NCBI GenBank assembly: GCA_045540915.1
Contig: JAZQID010000129.1
Coordinates: 1 to 56,481 of the forward strand
Length of the DNA: 56,481 nt
DNA from: Acutalibacteraceae bacterium
GTDB taxonomy: Bacteria > Bacillota > Clostridia > Oscillospirales > Acutalibacteraceae
Direction of reading: 5' to 3'
Under the pieces are notes generated by a model. That model did no database searches. It was not told the DNA's origin and was given only the letters and a program-made list of their open reading frames with translations. The position numbers were made by a program, and so were the translations under genes. Shown one piece after another: positions 19,809 to 29,184 of the stretch (its first letter is position 1; the number at the start of each line of letters is the position of its first letter).

Positions 19809-22800
19809 TTAGTTTGCAACCGTATAGGTCAATTTTGCGTTTTTGATCTCAATACCCTGATTATCTGCTGAGGCTTGCATATAAATACAGGCGTTTTTAA
19901 TGCTTGCGGGGTCGACGTTGTTGGTAAGGGTAATGGTGACTTTCTTCCAATCGGTCGACAGGGTCTGGGTGAACCACGCATCACTGCCGTTTGTACGGAA
20001 GGCGATGGCCAATTTTGAACTATCCACATCAGCCTTTGCTTCAAAGGTCATAGTATACGCACCCATACCGTACTGCTGAATTTGCGGAGTAAGGTTGTAA
20101 GAAATACCTGCGTAGTTCGAGCAGTCTTCCATACGGAAGGAATTACCGCCGTATTCCTCGAGCCATACCATATGCATATTGTAGCAGACGTGTTCGGCCC
20201 AGTGGCTGTGCGCGCTGTTACCAAACCAGCTGAACAGGTCGCCGGACATTCCTGAAGGCACGCCGATCTTGATGCGGCCTGAGCTTGAGTCGTAGGAGGC
20301 TGACTTGGCGACACCGCTCGAGGTCAGGTTAGCAAGAGAGATATACTTGACTTTGTTGATGGTAGTGGTCGCAGAGGGAACATCCTTTCCGACCGCTGCG
20401 CAAACGTCGGCGGCAGGCACGTACCAAGTGCCGTTCCTATTAATGGCACGATCCTTTGCAAAGAGCTGACGCTCACCGATAAATATCTTGCCCTCGGGCT
20501 TGACCGAGCCGGTCTTTTTGGCGGCGGAGGCAGGGCCGAACTGCGAACCGGTGCCCGAAACGTTGACATAGTTGGCAGCAGTAGAAAACCAACCGTTGTT
20601 TTTTGTGGTCAGGGTCTTGGGAATGTTGTTGGCGGAAGTGATAGCATTGCCGCCGATACTGAGGCCGTTGAAATTAAAGGTGTAGTTGTTGGTCTCAAGG
20701 TAACCCGACACATTCTCAACGCGGATGGTGGAGCCATCGCCCTGCCCAAGAGTATTTGAGCCTGTTGCAACGGGCACAGCGAGGTTGTTGAAGGTTATGG
20801 ACTTCGCTGCGGTTCCCATGTTGTAGCCATAGAAGATGAAGGGGAAATGGTCGCAGTCGACGGCGCTGACGTTGTTGAGGGTCAGGCTGAAGGAGCGCTG
20901 CTCGCTGTTCCAGTTGTAGCAGTTGCGCATTATGCCTTCATCGGCGCGGAAGATATATATGTCGGATATATCATATTTTCCTGCGTTGTTCTGCGGGAAA
21001 ATACCGCAGCAGATAGTGCCGATGGTGATGTCTTTGAAGGTAGAGGTCTCGGAACTTGTGCTGAGAACCAGCGCGTTGTCGGCAACATAAAGGAAACAGT
21101 GGTTAAAGGATGCGTTAGAGCAGTTTGAATGAGTAGTGATACCGTCGGTACACATCTCACTTGAGAGCGCCTTAAAGTTTGTGACCTTTAATCCCGTGGA
21201 CTGTACCCACAGATTATAGTCACGCGCGTCGACCATCTTGATGCCGTCGATGGTGCAGTTGGAGCCTGTGACGTGCAGGAGATAACGCTTGTCGGTGCTG
21301 CCGTCATAGCCAGCATCGGACGCGTCGGTCTTATAGATGTCGCTGTAGGGATCGAGGATCATACCGCGGCCCTTGACGGTAACGTTGTTACCCTTTATCT
21401 TGACGCGAGCGTTAAGAACCGAGCCGGGAGCAAGGTAAAGGATAGTGTTGTCCTTGGTAACGTTCAGGACGGTCGAGTTTTCAGGCTCATACCAACCCTC
21501 AACGTAGATGACGTTTTTATCATCCTTACTCGGCACGTCGGTTTCGGGTTCATCGGCAAAAACGGCGAGGATAGAATCATCGCTTGCATCAAGCTTCAAG
21601 AGGAAATAATCGGGTTTATCAAGATATACCGAGATAACGTTGCCGTTACGGGTGCTGGTGAAGTTCTTGGCCGAGGGCATAACGGTGTAGGAGTCAAAAT
21701 CAGAATAGACGGTGATGTCCACGCGCACGGGCATATCCTCGTCCTTTGCGAAGGCAAACTCGCAGAAGCGACGGTACATATCGCCGTTGACAGTGCGTCC
21801 TGAGGTTGCGACAGCGTCGGTGTGGTTGTAGCAGACGAGGTCCTTGGAAACATCGCCGTTAGGAGTCTCCTGAACCACCTTAACATCATACATATAGTCG
21901 CGTTCGATGCGCTCGTCATATTCGGGGTAGACTATAATAGTGCTGAGGTCGTTGACATTCTCAAAATACTCGGTAACAGAGCTTCCGTATGCCAAAAGGG
22001 CCTCGATAAGCTCATAAAGCTCCTCGGTGATGGTGGAAGTGAAGGCAGTACCGCCGTTGGTCTGGTCGTAGCAGAATTTGGCGAAGCTCTCGACGCTGTA
22101 ATCGAGGGTCGCACTGACCTTGTTGCCATCTGCATCAACAAAGTAGGCGGTGACCGTCTCGCCCATCTTAGTGGGGTTCAGGCCTCTGAAGCGGTAAACG
22201 TAGCAACGCTCCGACTTGTTGTAGTAGTCGGCCTTAAGAGGTTCAAACTTCTCCTGACCCTCGACCTCGACAACAAGCTTGTAGTTGGAAACGCCGCTTG
22301 CCTTGTTGGTAAGCTTGAACTTATAGAGGATAGCAGGGTTCTCACGCAGGTTGAGACCCACCGAGGTCCACTCAACGTGGGCGTTGGCGAAGTCGGTCAG
22401 GTTCTTGACGCTTGAAATGTCGGCCATATCAACCGCGTCGCTCTTGCAACTCTTGAACTCATCCCAAACTATTTTGTCATCTGTGTTAGTGCTGGGATCG
22501 TCGCAGAAGAGTGAAGCGGAGCCGTTTCCGGTATACTTGCTCGACATTTCACCGTAGTAAAGAATATCGGCGAGCAGGGTCTTGAGCTTGTTATCGGTCG
22601 TGCTAGCGTATGTGTTGGTGACATACTGCTTGACCGAATAGGTGATGGTATCTCCGATTTGGGTATCGTTGCCGCCCTTAACTCCGTACAGAGTAGCAGT
22701 GACGTTGTCGGCCATGCGGTCGGGAGAAACGGCATCAAAGCGGTACAGTATGTAGTTCTTGTCGTTGAATGTATACTCGACCCCCTCGATCTCCTTTGTC

Positions 22801-23021
22801 AAAAGGGTATCGTCGCGGTCAAGGTACTTAACAGACAGATAACTGCTGTCATACTCTTCGACTGCCTCAGGATATGCGAGGAACTGAATCGCAATACCCT
22901 CGTTCAAATTGAGGTTGGCGCCCGCAAAAACGCTGTCAGCAGAGTCTGCGGCGCTTGCCGACACCACCACAACCGATACAGTCAGGCAGATCGCAAGCAT
23001 TAACGATAAAATTCTTTTCAT
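19809..23021 (-). CDS. Large secreted right-handed beta-helix protein (probable glycan hydrolase/lyase) with a C-terminal carbohydrate-binding-like module
   Basis: I set the start at the ATG at 23021 (MKRILSLMLAICLTVSVVVVSASA signal peptide; GAAAGGGGA SD). The central region (VTVKGRGMILDPY...CTIDGIKMVDARDYNLWVQS...HCFLYVADNALVLS) looks pectate-lyase-fold. A copper-amine-oxidase-N-like stalk (GTWYVPAADVCAAVGKDV) and a beta-sandwich-like C-terminus follow. Confidence 0.6.
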   Translation of the reverse strand: MKRILSLMLAICLTVSVVVVSASAADSADSVFAGANLNLNEGIAIQFLAYPEAVEEYDSSYLSVKYLDRDDTLLTKEIEGVEYTFNDKNYILYRFDAVSPDRMADNVTATLYGVKGGNDTQIGDTITYSVKQYVTNTYASTTDNKLKTLLADILYYGEMSSKYTGNGSASLFCDDPSTNTDDKIVWDEFKSCKSDAVDMADISSVKNLTDFANAHVEWTSVGLNLRENPAILYKFKLTNKASGVSNYKLVVEVEGQEKFEPLKADYYNKSERCYVYRFRGLNPTKMGETVTAYFVDADGNKVSATLDYSVESFAKFCYDQTNGGTAFTSTITEELYELIEALLAYGSSVTEYFENVNDLSTIIVYPEYDERIERDYMYDVKVVQETPNGDVSKDLVCYNHTDAVATSGRTVNGDMYRRFCEFAFAKDEDMPVRVDITVYSDFDSYTVMPSAKNFTSTRNGNVISVYLDKPDYFLLKLDASDDSILAVFADEPETDVPSKDDKNVIYVEGWYEPENSTVLNVTKDNTILYLAPGSVLNARVKIKGNNVTVKGRGMILDPYSDIYKTDASDAGYDGSTDKRYLLHVTGSNCTIDGIKMVDARDYNLWVQSTGLKVTNFKALSSEMCTDGITTHSNCSNASFNHCFLYVADNALVLSTSSETSTFKDITIGTICCGIFPQNNAGKYDISDIYIFRADEGIMRNCYNWNSEQRSFSLTLNNVSAVDCDHFPFIFYGYNMGTAAKSITFNNLAVPVATGSNTLGQGDGSTIRVENVSGYLETNNYTFNFNGLSIGGNAITSANNIPKTLTTKNNGWFSTAANYVNVSGTGSQFGPASAAKKTGSVKPEGKIFIGERQLFAKDRAINRNGTWYVPAADVCAAVGKDVPSATTTINKVKYISLANLTSSGVAKSASYDSSSGRIKIGVPSGMSGDLFSWFGNSAHSHWAEHVCYNMHMVWLEEYGGNSFRMEDCSNYAGISYNLTPQIQQYGMGAYTMTFEAKADVDSSKLAIAFRTNGSDAWFTQTLSTDWKKVTITLTNNVDPASIKNACIYMQASADNQGIEIKNAKLTYTVAN

Positions 23022-23080
23022 TATTTCCCCTTTCTCCGTCAACTGCGACGGCGAGAGATTTGTTTTCGAACTCACCTTTG

Positions 23081-23109
23081 ATTATATCTTATTTTTCATG
23101 CAAAATCAA
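23081..23109 (-). promoter_or_regulatory. Sigma-A promoter of the beta-helix protein gene
   Basis: On the minus strand: TTGATT (23104-23109), a 17-nt spacer, then TATAAT (23081-23086). Confidence 0.55.
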
Positions 23110-23172
23110 TCACATTCCGCCGACCGATATGCCAAATTTCAGACTGAAAACCTGTGTAAAACTTACATCCAA

Positions 23173-23210
23173 AAACAGCGTATCTCTTCCAATGAAGAAA
23201 TACGCTGTTT
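23173..23210 (-). terminator. Intrinsic terminator of the SPFH operon
   Basis: 10-bp stem aaacagcgta/tacgctgttt, followed on the minus strand by TTTTT. It lies 14 nt after the SPFH gene stop. Confidence 0.65.
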
Positions 23211-23223
23211 ATTGTACTAATGA

Positions 23224-24024
23224 TTATTCAAGCGAAATAAAGGTGCCGGCCTCGCCGCCCATAACCTGCGGCAGCTTGCCATCCCATTTCTCGATCTTGT
23301 TGTTCTCGAGAACCTTATCGGTCAGCGACTCGCTGAGGGTGGTGTTGGCCTGAGCCTCAGCCTCCGCCTTAATGCGTATGGTCTCCGCCTCCGCCTCAGC
23401 ATTGGTGATGGCCGTCTGCTTCTCGGTCTCGGCCTTCAGAAGCTGCTGCTGTGCGACCTGCTTCTCCTCGATGGCGTTGATAAATGCCTCGGAGAAGTCG
23501 AAATTGATGATGTTGACGTCGGTGACGTAGAGGCCAATGCTGTTGAGCTTTTCATTCAGCCCCTCTACAAGTCCGTCAGAGATAAGGGCGCGGTTGGTAA
23601 CGCTCTCCTCGGCGGTATACTTGGCGGTTATCGCCTTGAGCACCTCGTTGACGGCAGGGGTCACGAGGACGTCCTCATAGTTGGCGCCGATGTTTTTGTA
23701 AATGCTGTCCGACTTCTTGGTGTCGACGCGGTAGTTGATGGCGAGCTTGGTGGATACAGTCTGCAGGTCCTTCGAGAAGGCCTCGGTGTCCACCTCAAGC
23801 TTTGCGATGCGGTTGTCGATTTTGACGATCTCCTGCACGAAGGGAATCTTTCCGTGCATACCCTCCTGCAGAACCCCCTCGTTGACCTTACCAAGTGTGA
23901 CGACAACACCGGTGTGACCGGGCTGGACGATGGTGAAGCTGTTGAGGGCGACAAAGACGAGCAGGATCGCCACAACGATGCCTATGATGAGCTTTTTCGA
24001 TACTCTTACAGGATTTTTAGCCAT
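23224..24024 (-). CDS. SPFH/Band-7 (prohibitin-like) membrane protein
   Basis: N-terminal TM, then FTIVQPGHTGVVVTLGKV...KIPFVQEIVKIDNR and an Ala/Glu-rich coiled coil (AEAEAETIRIKAEAEAQ). Confidence 0.85.
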   Translation of the reverse strand: MAKNPVRVSKKLIIGIVVAILLVFVALNSFTIVQPGHTGVVVTLGKVNEGVLQEGMHGKIPFVQEIVKIDNRIAKLEVDTEAFSKDLQTVSTKLAINYRVDTKKSDSIYKNIGANYEDVLVTPAVNEVLKAITAKYTAEESVTNRALISDGLVEGLNEKLNSIGLYVTDVNIINFDFSEAFINAIEEKQVAQQQLLKAETEKQTAITNAEAEAETIRIKAEAEAQANTTLSESLTDKVLENNKIEKWDGKLPQVMGGEAGTFISLE

Positions 24025-24026
24025 AA

Positions 24027-24632
24027 TTATTCTCCTTTTTCCTCTTGATTTGTATTATCGGCCTGCTCCTCGGCAGGAAGCTGGTCGGCAAAGGAGGCAA
24101 CCGATTCGTTTGCAAACTCGGGTGCAGGCTCCTCGACGCCGTATTCTTCAAGGGTACGCAGCTTTCTAGATGCGATAACGCCGGTTACAAGGCTGTATAT
24201 AATATATCCGTGGAACAATACGTCTACGATGACTCCGATCTCGAAGTTCAGAAGCAGGAACGCGGTGTCAAGAGAGAAGAGCACCAGCGCGACCACAAGC
24301 CAGCCTCTGCGCTTCTTGGAAAAGAGCCAGCACATAAGGTAGAGCACGATACCGATAACGGCGATGGCTATGAATATGAAGCCAATCACATCGGCAAACT
24401 GAGAAAACTCCTGCAGTTCCATCTCAGGCACATCTGCGAAAAATTCGTCGGAGCGAATATACAAGGCCGCCTGCATAAAGGCCATCGGTATGAAAGCCGA
24501 AAACAGAAAATAGGTGTTGGTCAAGGTGGCAAAGCAGTTGATCACCGTAAAAGCGATAATGATCAACAGATCTCTTCGGGCCGCGTTGTAGCGATTTTTG
24601 TAATGTAAAAATTCTCTTGCGTTGATTTCCAT
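24027..24632 (-). CDS. Polytopic membrane protein (hypothetical), tightly linked upstream of the SPFH gene
   Basis: About five hydrophobic helices and an acidic C-terminal tail. There is a 2-nt gap to the SPFH start. I could not see an NfeD-type OB domain. Confidence 0.5.
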   Translation of the reverse strand: MEINAREFLHYKNRYNAARRDLLIIIAFTVINCFATLTNTYFLFSAFIPMAFMQAALYIRSDEFFADVPEMELQEFSQFADVIGFIFIAIAVIGIVLYLMCWLFSKKRRGWLVVALVLFSLDTAFLLLNFEIGVIVDVLFHGYIIYSLVTGVIASRKLRTLEEYGVEEPAPEFANESVASFADQLPAEEQADNTNQEEKGE

Positions 24633-24748
24633 TTTGCATCTTCCTCTCGGGGTTGGGTTAGTAATATTATACAGTCAGCGGTGACCCTTTGTCAAGTGGG
24701 CCGAGAATATCGAGAGGGAGCGAGACATATAATAGTATCGGTGATTTT

Positions 24749-25006
24749 ATGAAGGATAAACACGACGAGCACATCCATTCCACCCCAAGCAGTAATTCGG
24801 TTATGGGACAGCCCGAGACCGCCTTTGAGATGATAAACAAGTACGGCACATATAATATTCAGCCCACCGCCGACACCCGTAACACCTTCCCCGCAATCTC
24901 GCACGGGTTGGCCAAAAAGCACGCCGACGAAAACAAGCTTCGCCGCGACGAATGGCTCCAAAGCCAACGCAAAAAACCCGACCCGTCAATCGAGCCTAAG
25001 GCGTAA
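24749..25006 (+). CDS. Small hydrophilic hypothetical protein
   Basis: I set the start at the ATG at 24749 (MKDKHDEH...); a tataat lies about 20 nt upstream. No recognisable motif. The gene ends at a strong terminator. Confidence 0.35.
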   Translation: MKDKHDEHIHSTPSSNSVMGQPETAFEMINKYGTYNIQPTADTRNTFPAISHGLAKKHADENKLRRDEWLQSQRKKPDPSIEPKA

Positions 25007-25044
25007 AACATCCCCCGACAAAAATTTTGTCGGGGGATGTTTTT
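25007..25044. terminator. Bidirectional intrinsic terminator (end of the polysaccharide operon)
   Basis: Perfect palindrome aacatcccccgacaaaa/ttttgtcgggggatgtt, followed by ttttt. Confidence 0.85.
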
Positions 25045-25050
25045 ACAAAG

Positions 25051-26202
25051 TTACAATCCTATGCTTGTAAGTAGCTTGTCAAATGAATCTATCTTATCTT
25101 TATCTGCACTTTGGGCCTGCCTAACCGCAGCTATAGCACGCTGACGCTTCTCTTTCTTAAACAGTCCAAACCACCGCTTGATCTGGTACAAAACTATAAG
25201 ATGCGGTTTCCGTCTCAGTTCAGGATGCACCTCTCTGAGCACCTTGCCGCTCACAAACACGCGGCTAAGCAAATAAGTGATGCCTTTATGCTTGCGCTGT
25301 TTTGCAACCTCGTTTGATTCTGCACTGCCGAAAACTCCGCCGTGCAGACAATATGCCTCCAGCGCCGATGTTACCTCGGTGTGATCTTTTCCATCCATCC
25401 AGACTTCTATTATCTCACAACAAGTTTCGTAAAACTGATGTATACCGCTTGTCCGGCACATATCCGCGAGGATATCTTTATTGTATGATGTTTTGTTTAA
25501 CAACAACCATAGATCCAAAAACGCACGTACTCCTATTCCTCCGTGCGCAATATGATAGCTCATATGTGCAACCGTATGGAACAATTGATATTCAGGAGTT
25601 AATACATACAACGAGCTTTCTGTCGGCAAGGCATAATCCCAAACCCGACTCAACAGACCATCGATGTTGTCCATATTCTCCTTAATGCTGAAATGCAATT
25701 CCAAATGTATCTGCGAATTCATCATAGAGATGTCGTGATAGTTTCGCTTTTCAACTCGCAGGTCGGTGTTTTGTTCTAACAACACAACCGCTCTGTCAAC
25801 ATCTTCCTCGCGAATAAGAATATCGACGTCGCAACAGGTCCTCAACCACTTTTCAGGATAAAGGTCGCGTATTACAGAACCCTTCAGCAACACATAAGGA
25901 ACATGCGCCTCTTCGAACAATCCTATAATGCTTTCTATTGCATAGTCACGAGCAACAAAGGAATAAATATCCCCTGTGCAACCATCTTTGAACCTCTCGA
26001 TCCAACCATCAGGCAAGTCAAGGCCCTTTACTCCGTTCCATATGATAGGGAGAATAGACTGCCTTTCTCCCACCTGCATCAAACGATCACAATCGTCTGC
26101 TGATAATTCAAGCCGTGCATCGCTGAAATTCATACCTCTGCGTATTACAGGGAAGAGAACATCCTTAGCAAAGGTTGAATCCATAATCAGAATTTCCTCC
26201 AA
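25051..26202 (-). CDS. Uncharacterised nucleotidyltransferase (NTP_transf_5-like)
   Basis: 383 aa. The CCDVDILIREEDVDRAV block looks like a minimal nucleotidyltransferase-fold Asp pair. It overlaps the fnlC 3' end by 16 nt. Confidence 0.6.
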   Translation of the reverse strand: MEEILIMDSTFAKDVLFPVIRRGMNFSDARLELSADDCDRLMQVGERQSILPIIWNGVKGLDLPDGWIERFKDGCTGDIYSFVARDYAIESIIGLFEEAHVPYVLLKGSVIRDLYPEKWLRTCCDVDILIREEDVDRAVVLLEQNTDLRVEKRNYHDISMMNSQIHLELHFSIKENMDNIDGLLSRVWDYALPTESSLYVLTPEYQLFHTVAHMSYHIAHGGIGVRAFLDLWLLLNKTSYNKDILADMCRTSGIHQFYETCCEIIEVWMDGKDHTEVTSALEAYCLHGGVFGSAESNEVAKQRKHKGITYLLSRVFVSGKVLREVHPELRRKPHLIVLYQIKRWFGLFKKEKRQRAIAAVRQAQSADKDKIDSFDKLLTSIGL

Positions 26203-27356
26203 ACCATTTTGTTTACAACGCCGGTGTAGCTTTGAATAATTTTTACCACCTTGTCGGAGACGTTCTCGTCCACATAATCGGGAACGGGGATGCCGTAATC
26301 GCCATTTCGGTTCATCTCAACCGCAGTGTCGACCGACTGGAGCAGACCCTTTTCATCGATGCCCGAAAGGATAAAGCAGGCCTTATCCAGCGCCTCGGGG
26401 CGCTCGGTCGATGTGCGGATGCAAATTGCGGGGAAGGGCTTACCGATACTTGTGAAGAAGCTAGACTCCTCGGGCAAGGTGCCGCTATCGGAAACCACCG
26501 CAAAGGCGTTCATCTGCAGGCAGTTATAATCGTGAAAGCCGAGCGGCTCGTGCTGAATAACTCTCTCATCAAGCTTGAATCCGCTCGCGGCCAGCCTGTT
26601 CCTGCTTCTCGGATGGCAGGAATAAAGAATGGGCATATCATATTTTTCCGCCATTTTATTAACGGCGGTGAAAAGGCTGTTAAAGTTTTTCTCGGTGTCG
26701 ATATTTTCTTCCCTATGGGCAGAAAGAAGGATATACTTACCCTTCTCCAATCCCAAGCGAGTATGAATATCGCTCGCTTCAATTTCTGCCAAATTATTAT
26801 GAAGCACCTCGGCCATCGGAGAGCCTGTCACATAGGTGCGCTCCTTGGGCAAGCCGCAATCGGCAAGATAACGGCGAGCGTGTTCAGAGTATGCCATATT
26901 GACGTCGGAAATGATGTCAACGATGCGGCGGTTGGTCTCTTCGGGCAGGCACTCATCCTTGCAACGATTTCCCGCCTCCATATGAAAGATCGGGATATGC
27001 AACCGCTTTGCACCTATAACTGAGAGGCAGGAATTGGTATCGCCAAGCACCAAAACGGCATCCGGCTTGATGGCGGCCATCAGCTTATAGCTTCTATCGA
27101 TAATGTTACCTATCGTAGCGCCGAGGTCTTCGCCCACCGCATCAAGATATACCTCGGGGTCGGCAAGCTTGAGATCCTTGAAGAAGACACCGTTGAGGTT
27201 ATAATCATAGTTCTGTCCGGTATGAGCAAGGACGGTATCAAAATAGGTGCGGCACTTACTGATAACCGCCGCAAGACGAATAATCTCGGGACGGGTGCCG
27301 ACAATGATAAGTAATTTCAGTTTTCCGTTTTCTTTCCACTGTACATTTTCAAACAT
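26187..27356 (-). CDS. fnlC: UDP-N-acetylglucosamine 2-epimerase-family enzyme (FnlC/CapG-type)
   Basis: KLLIIVGTRPEIIRLAAVI...AHTGQNYDYNLN, plus the HMEAGNR and GDTNS blocks of non-hydrolysing 2-epimerases. Context with fnlA and fnlB supports the call. Confidence 0.8.
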   Translation of the reverse strand: MFENVQWKENGKLKLLIIVGTRPEIIRLAAVISKCRTYFDTVLAHTGQNYDYNLNGVFFKDLKLADPEVYLDAVGEDLGATIGNIIDRSYKLMAAIKPDAVLVLGDTNSCLSVIGAKRLHIPIFHMEAGNRCKDECLPEETNRRIVDIISDVNMAYSEHARRYLADCGLPKERTYVTGSPMAEVLHNNLAEIEASDIHTRLGLEKGKYILLSAHREENIDTEKNFNSLFTAVNKMAEKYDMPILYSCHPRSRNRLAASGFKLDERVIQHEPLGFHDYNCLQMNAFAVVSDSGTLPEESSFFTSIGKPFPAICIRTSTERPEALDKACFILSGIDEKGLLQSVDTAVEMNRNGDYGIPVPDYVDENVSDKVVKIIQSYTGVVNKMVWRKF

Positions 27357-28555
27357 TATTCTACCACCTCGAAGAATGTATCCGGATGCTTCGGATCAAA
27401 TTGCTCGTTTGCCCACATAACCGTAACGAGATCGTCGGTCTGGGACAGGTTGATTATATTGTGAGTGTAGCCGGGGAGCATATGCACCGCCTCTATCTTG
27501 TCACCAGAAACCTCAAAATTCAACACCTCGTCAGTTCCGATCTTGCGCTGCTGAATGAGTCCTTTCCCGCTGACAACGATGAAAAATTCCCACTTGGTAT
27601 TATGCCAATGCTGTCCCTTGGTGATGCCAGGCTTGGAAATATTCACACTGAACTGTCCGCATTTTTCGGTTTTGAGCAGTTCGGTGAAGCTTCCTCTGTC
27701 ATCGCAGTTCATTTTTAAGGGGAAAGACACCTTTTCAGCAGGGAGGTAGCTGAGATAGGTGCTATACAGCTTCTTTGCGAAGCTATTATCAGGAATTTCA
27801 GGCATCACAAGGGTGTTGGCCTGTGCCTTGAAAGTATCAAGCAGATCCACTATCTCACCAAGGGTCACCTTGTGAGTTGTGGGAGCAGCACAGTATTTGC
27901 CATCATCGCACAACACGGTGTCGATGCCATCAAAGTCACAACGGTGCTCCTTATTTTCAAGCGCGTCAAGCATTTCTGTTACAAGGTCGTCAATGTAGAG
28001 CAGTTCAAGCTGCGCATTTCTATCATTAACGGTAATCGGCAGATCGTTTGCAATATTATTGCAAAATGTGGCGACCGCCGAATTGTAATTCGGCCTACAC
28101 CATTTTCCAAACAAATTGGGGAATCGGTAAACCAGCACCTTTGCCCCCGTTTCCTCGCCGTAGGCAAATGCAAGCTCCTCGCCCGCTTTTTTGCTTCGGC
28201 CGTAGTCGCTGTCATACCTACCGATGCAGGTCGCCTGAATAGAGGATGATATCATAACGGGGCAGGTGTTGTTGTGCGCTTTCAGGCTGTCAAACAGGGT
28301 GCTCGCAAACCCGAAATTGCCCTGCATAAACTCATCTGCATTTTGTGGACGGTTGACCCCTGCAAGATTGAATACAAAGTCGCATTTTGCGCAGAATTCA
28401 TCAAGAAGTGCAGGCTCTGTATAGATGTCATATTCATAGATCTCATCGATCGAAATGTTCGGACGGGTCTTGTCCTTGCCGTCGCGTATATTCTTAAGAC
28501 ATTCCACAAGGTTGCGACCTACAAATCCTGCCGCACCGGTTACCAGTATCTTCAT
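27356..28555 (-). CDS. fnlB: FnlB/CapF-type reductase: N-terminal SDR plus C-terminal cupin
   Basis: [16 protein letters not shown] Rossmann motif. The C-terminal beta-barrel block is GQHWHNTKWEFFIVVSGKG...GYTHNIINL. The stop overlaps the fnlC start by 1 nt. Confidence 0.8.
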   Translation of the reverse strand: MKILVTGAAGFVGRNLVECLKNIRDGKDKTRPNISIDEIYEYDIYTEPALLDEFCAKCDFVFNLAGVNRPQNADEFMQGNFGFASTLFDSLKAHNNTCPVMISSSIQATCIGRYDSDYGRSKKAGEELAFAYGEETGAKVLVYRFPNLFGKWCRPNYNSAVATFCNNIANDLPITVNDRNAQLELLYIDDLVTEMLDALENKEHRCDFDGIDTVLCDDGKYCAAPTTHKVTLGEIVDLLDTFKAQANTLVMPEIPDNSFAKKLYSTYLSYLPAEKVSFPLKMNCDDRGSFTELLKTEKCGQFSVNISKPGITKGQHWHNTKWEFFIVVSGKGLIQQRKIGTDEVLNFEVSGDKIEAVHMLPGYTHNIINLSQTDDLVTVMWANEQFDPKHPDTFFEVVE

Positions 28556-28576
28556 ATCATTTTCACCTCAAACAAA

Positions 28577-29146
28577 TCAAGCCGTCGCCTTGACAACTGC
28601 CCCATCCTCGATGATCGCGTCACAATCGACAACCGCCCTCGTGCTCACGGTTGCCGTACTGCCTATCCAGGCTCGGTCACCCACAACGGCGAGCGAGCGG
28701 ATAACAGAGTTTGTATAGACGAGAACGTTGTTGCCCACCGTACTGTCGTGATGAAGCTCAACGCCGGGATTCAAAATCACGCCGTTTCCGACCTTCACGC
28801 CGTTCTGTACGACGGCGTTGTTGAGTATGACGCAACCTTGTCCGACTGTAGCATTCGGACTTACGTATGCAGAGGGAACGATTATATTGGGAAACATATA
28901 TCCGATCTCAGCCGCCTGATGATAGATCTTCTCTCTCAGAGCATTGTTTCCTATTGTAACTATCAGCTGTTTATACTCTCCGAACAGTTTGGCAAGATCG
29001 TCCGTCCCACCGACTACCTCTACATCGTTGACAAGCGTTCCTATCGGCCGACCGTCATCCACAAAGGCACAATCATACTGTGTCCTTGCGTGTTCTGCAA
29101 CGACTCGACCAAATCCGCCCGCACCAATCAAAAGAAGCTTTTCCAT
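28577..29146 (-). CDS. NeuD/PglD-type hexapeptide-repeat sugar acetyltransferase
   Basis: N-terminal MEKLLLIGAGGFGRVVAEH Rossmann-like domain, then left-handed beta-helix hexapeptide repeats (VGQGCVILNNAVVQNGVKVGNGVILNPGV...). I prefer the ATG at 29146 over the track's TTG at 29179. Confidence 0.75.
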   Translation of the reverse strand: MEKLLLIGAGGFGRVVAEHARTQYDCAFVDDGRPIGTLVNDVEVVGGTDDLAKLFGEYKQLIVTIGNNALREKIYHQAAEIGYMFPNIIVPSAYVSPNATVGQGCVILNNAVVQNGVKVGNGVILNPGVELHHDSTVGNNVLVYTNSVIRSLAVVGDRAWIGSTATVSTRAVVDCDAIIEDGAVVKATA

Positions 29147-29184
29147 ATCTACAACCTTGTTAAATATTATGTAAACCAAAACTG

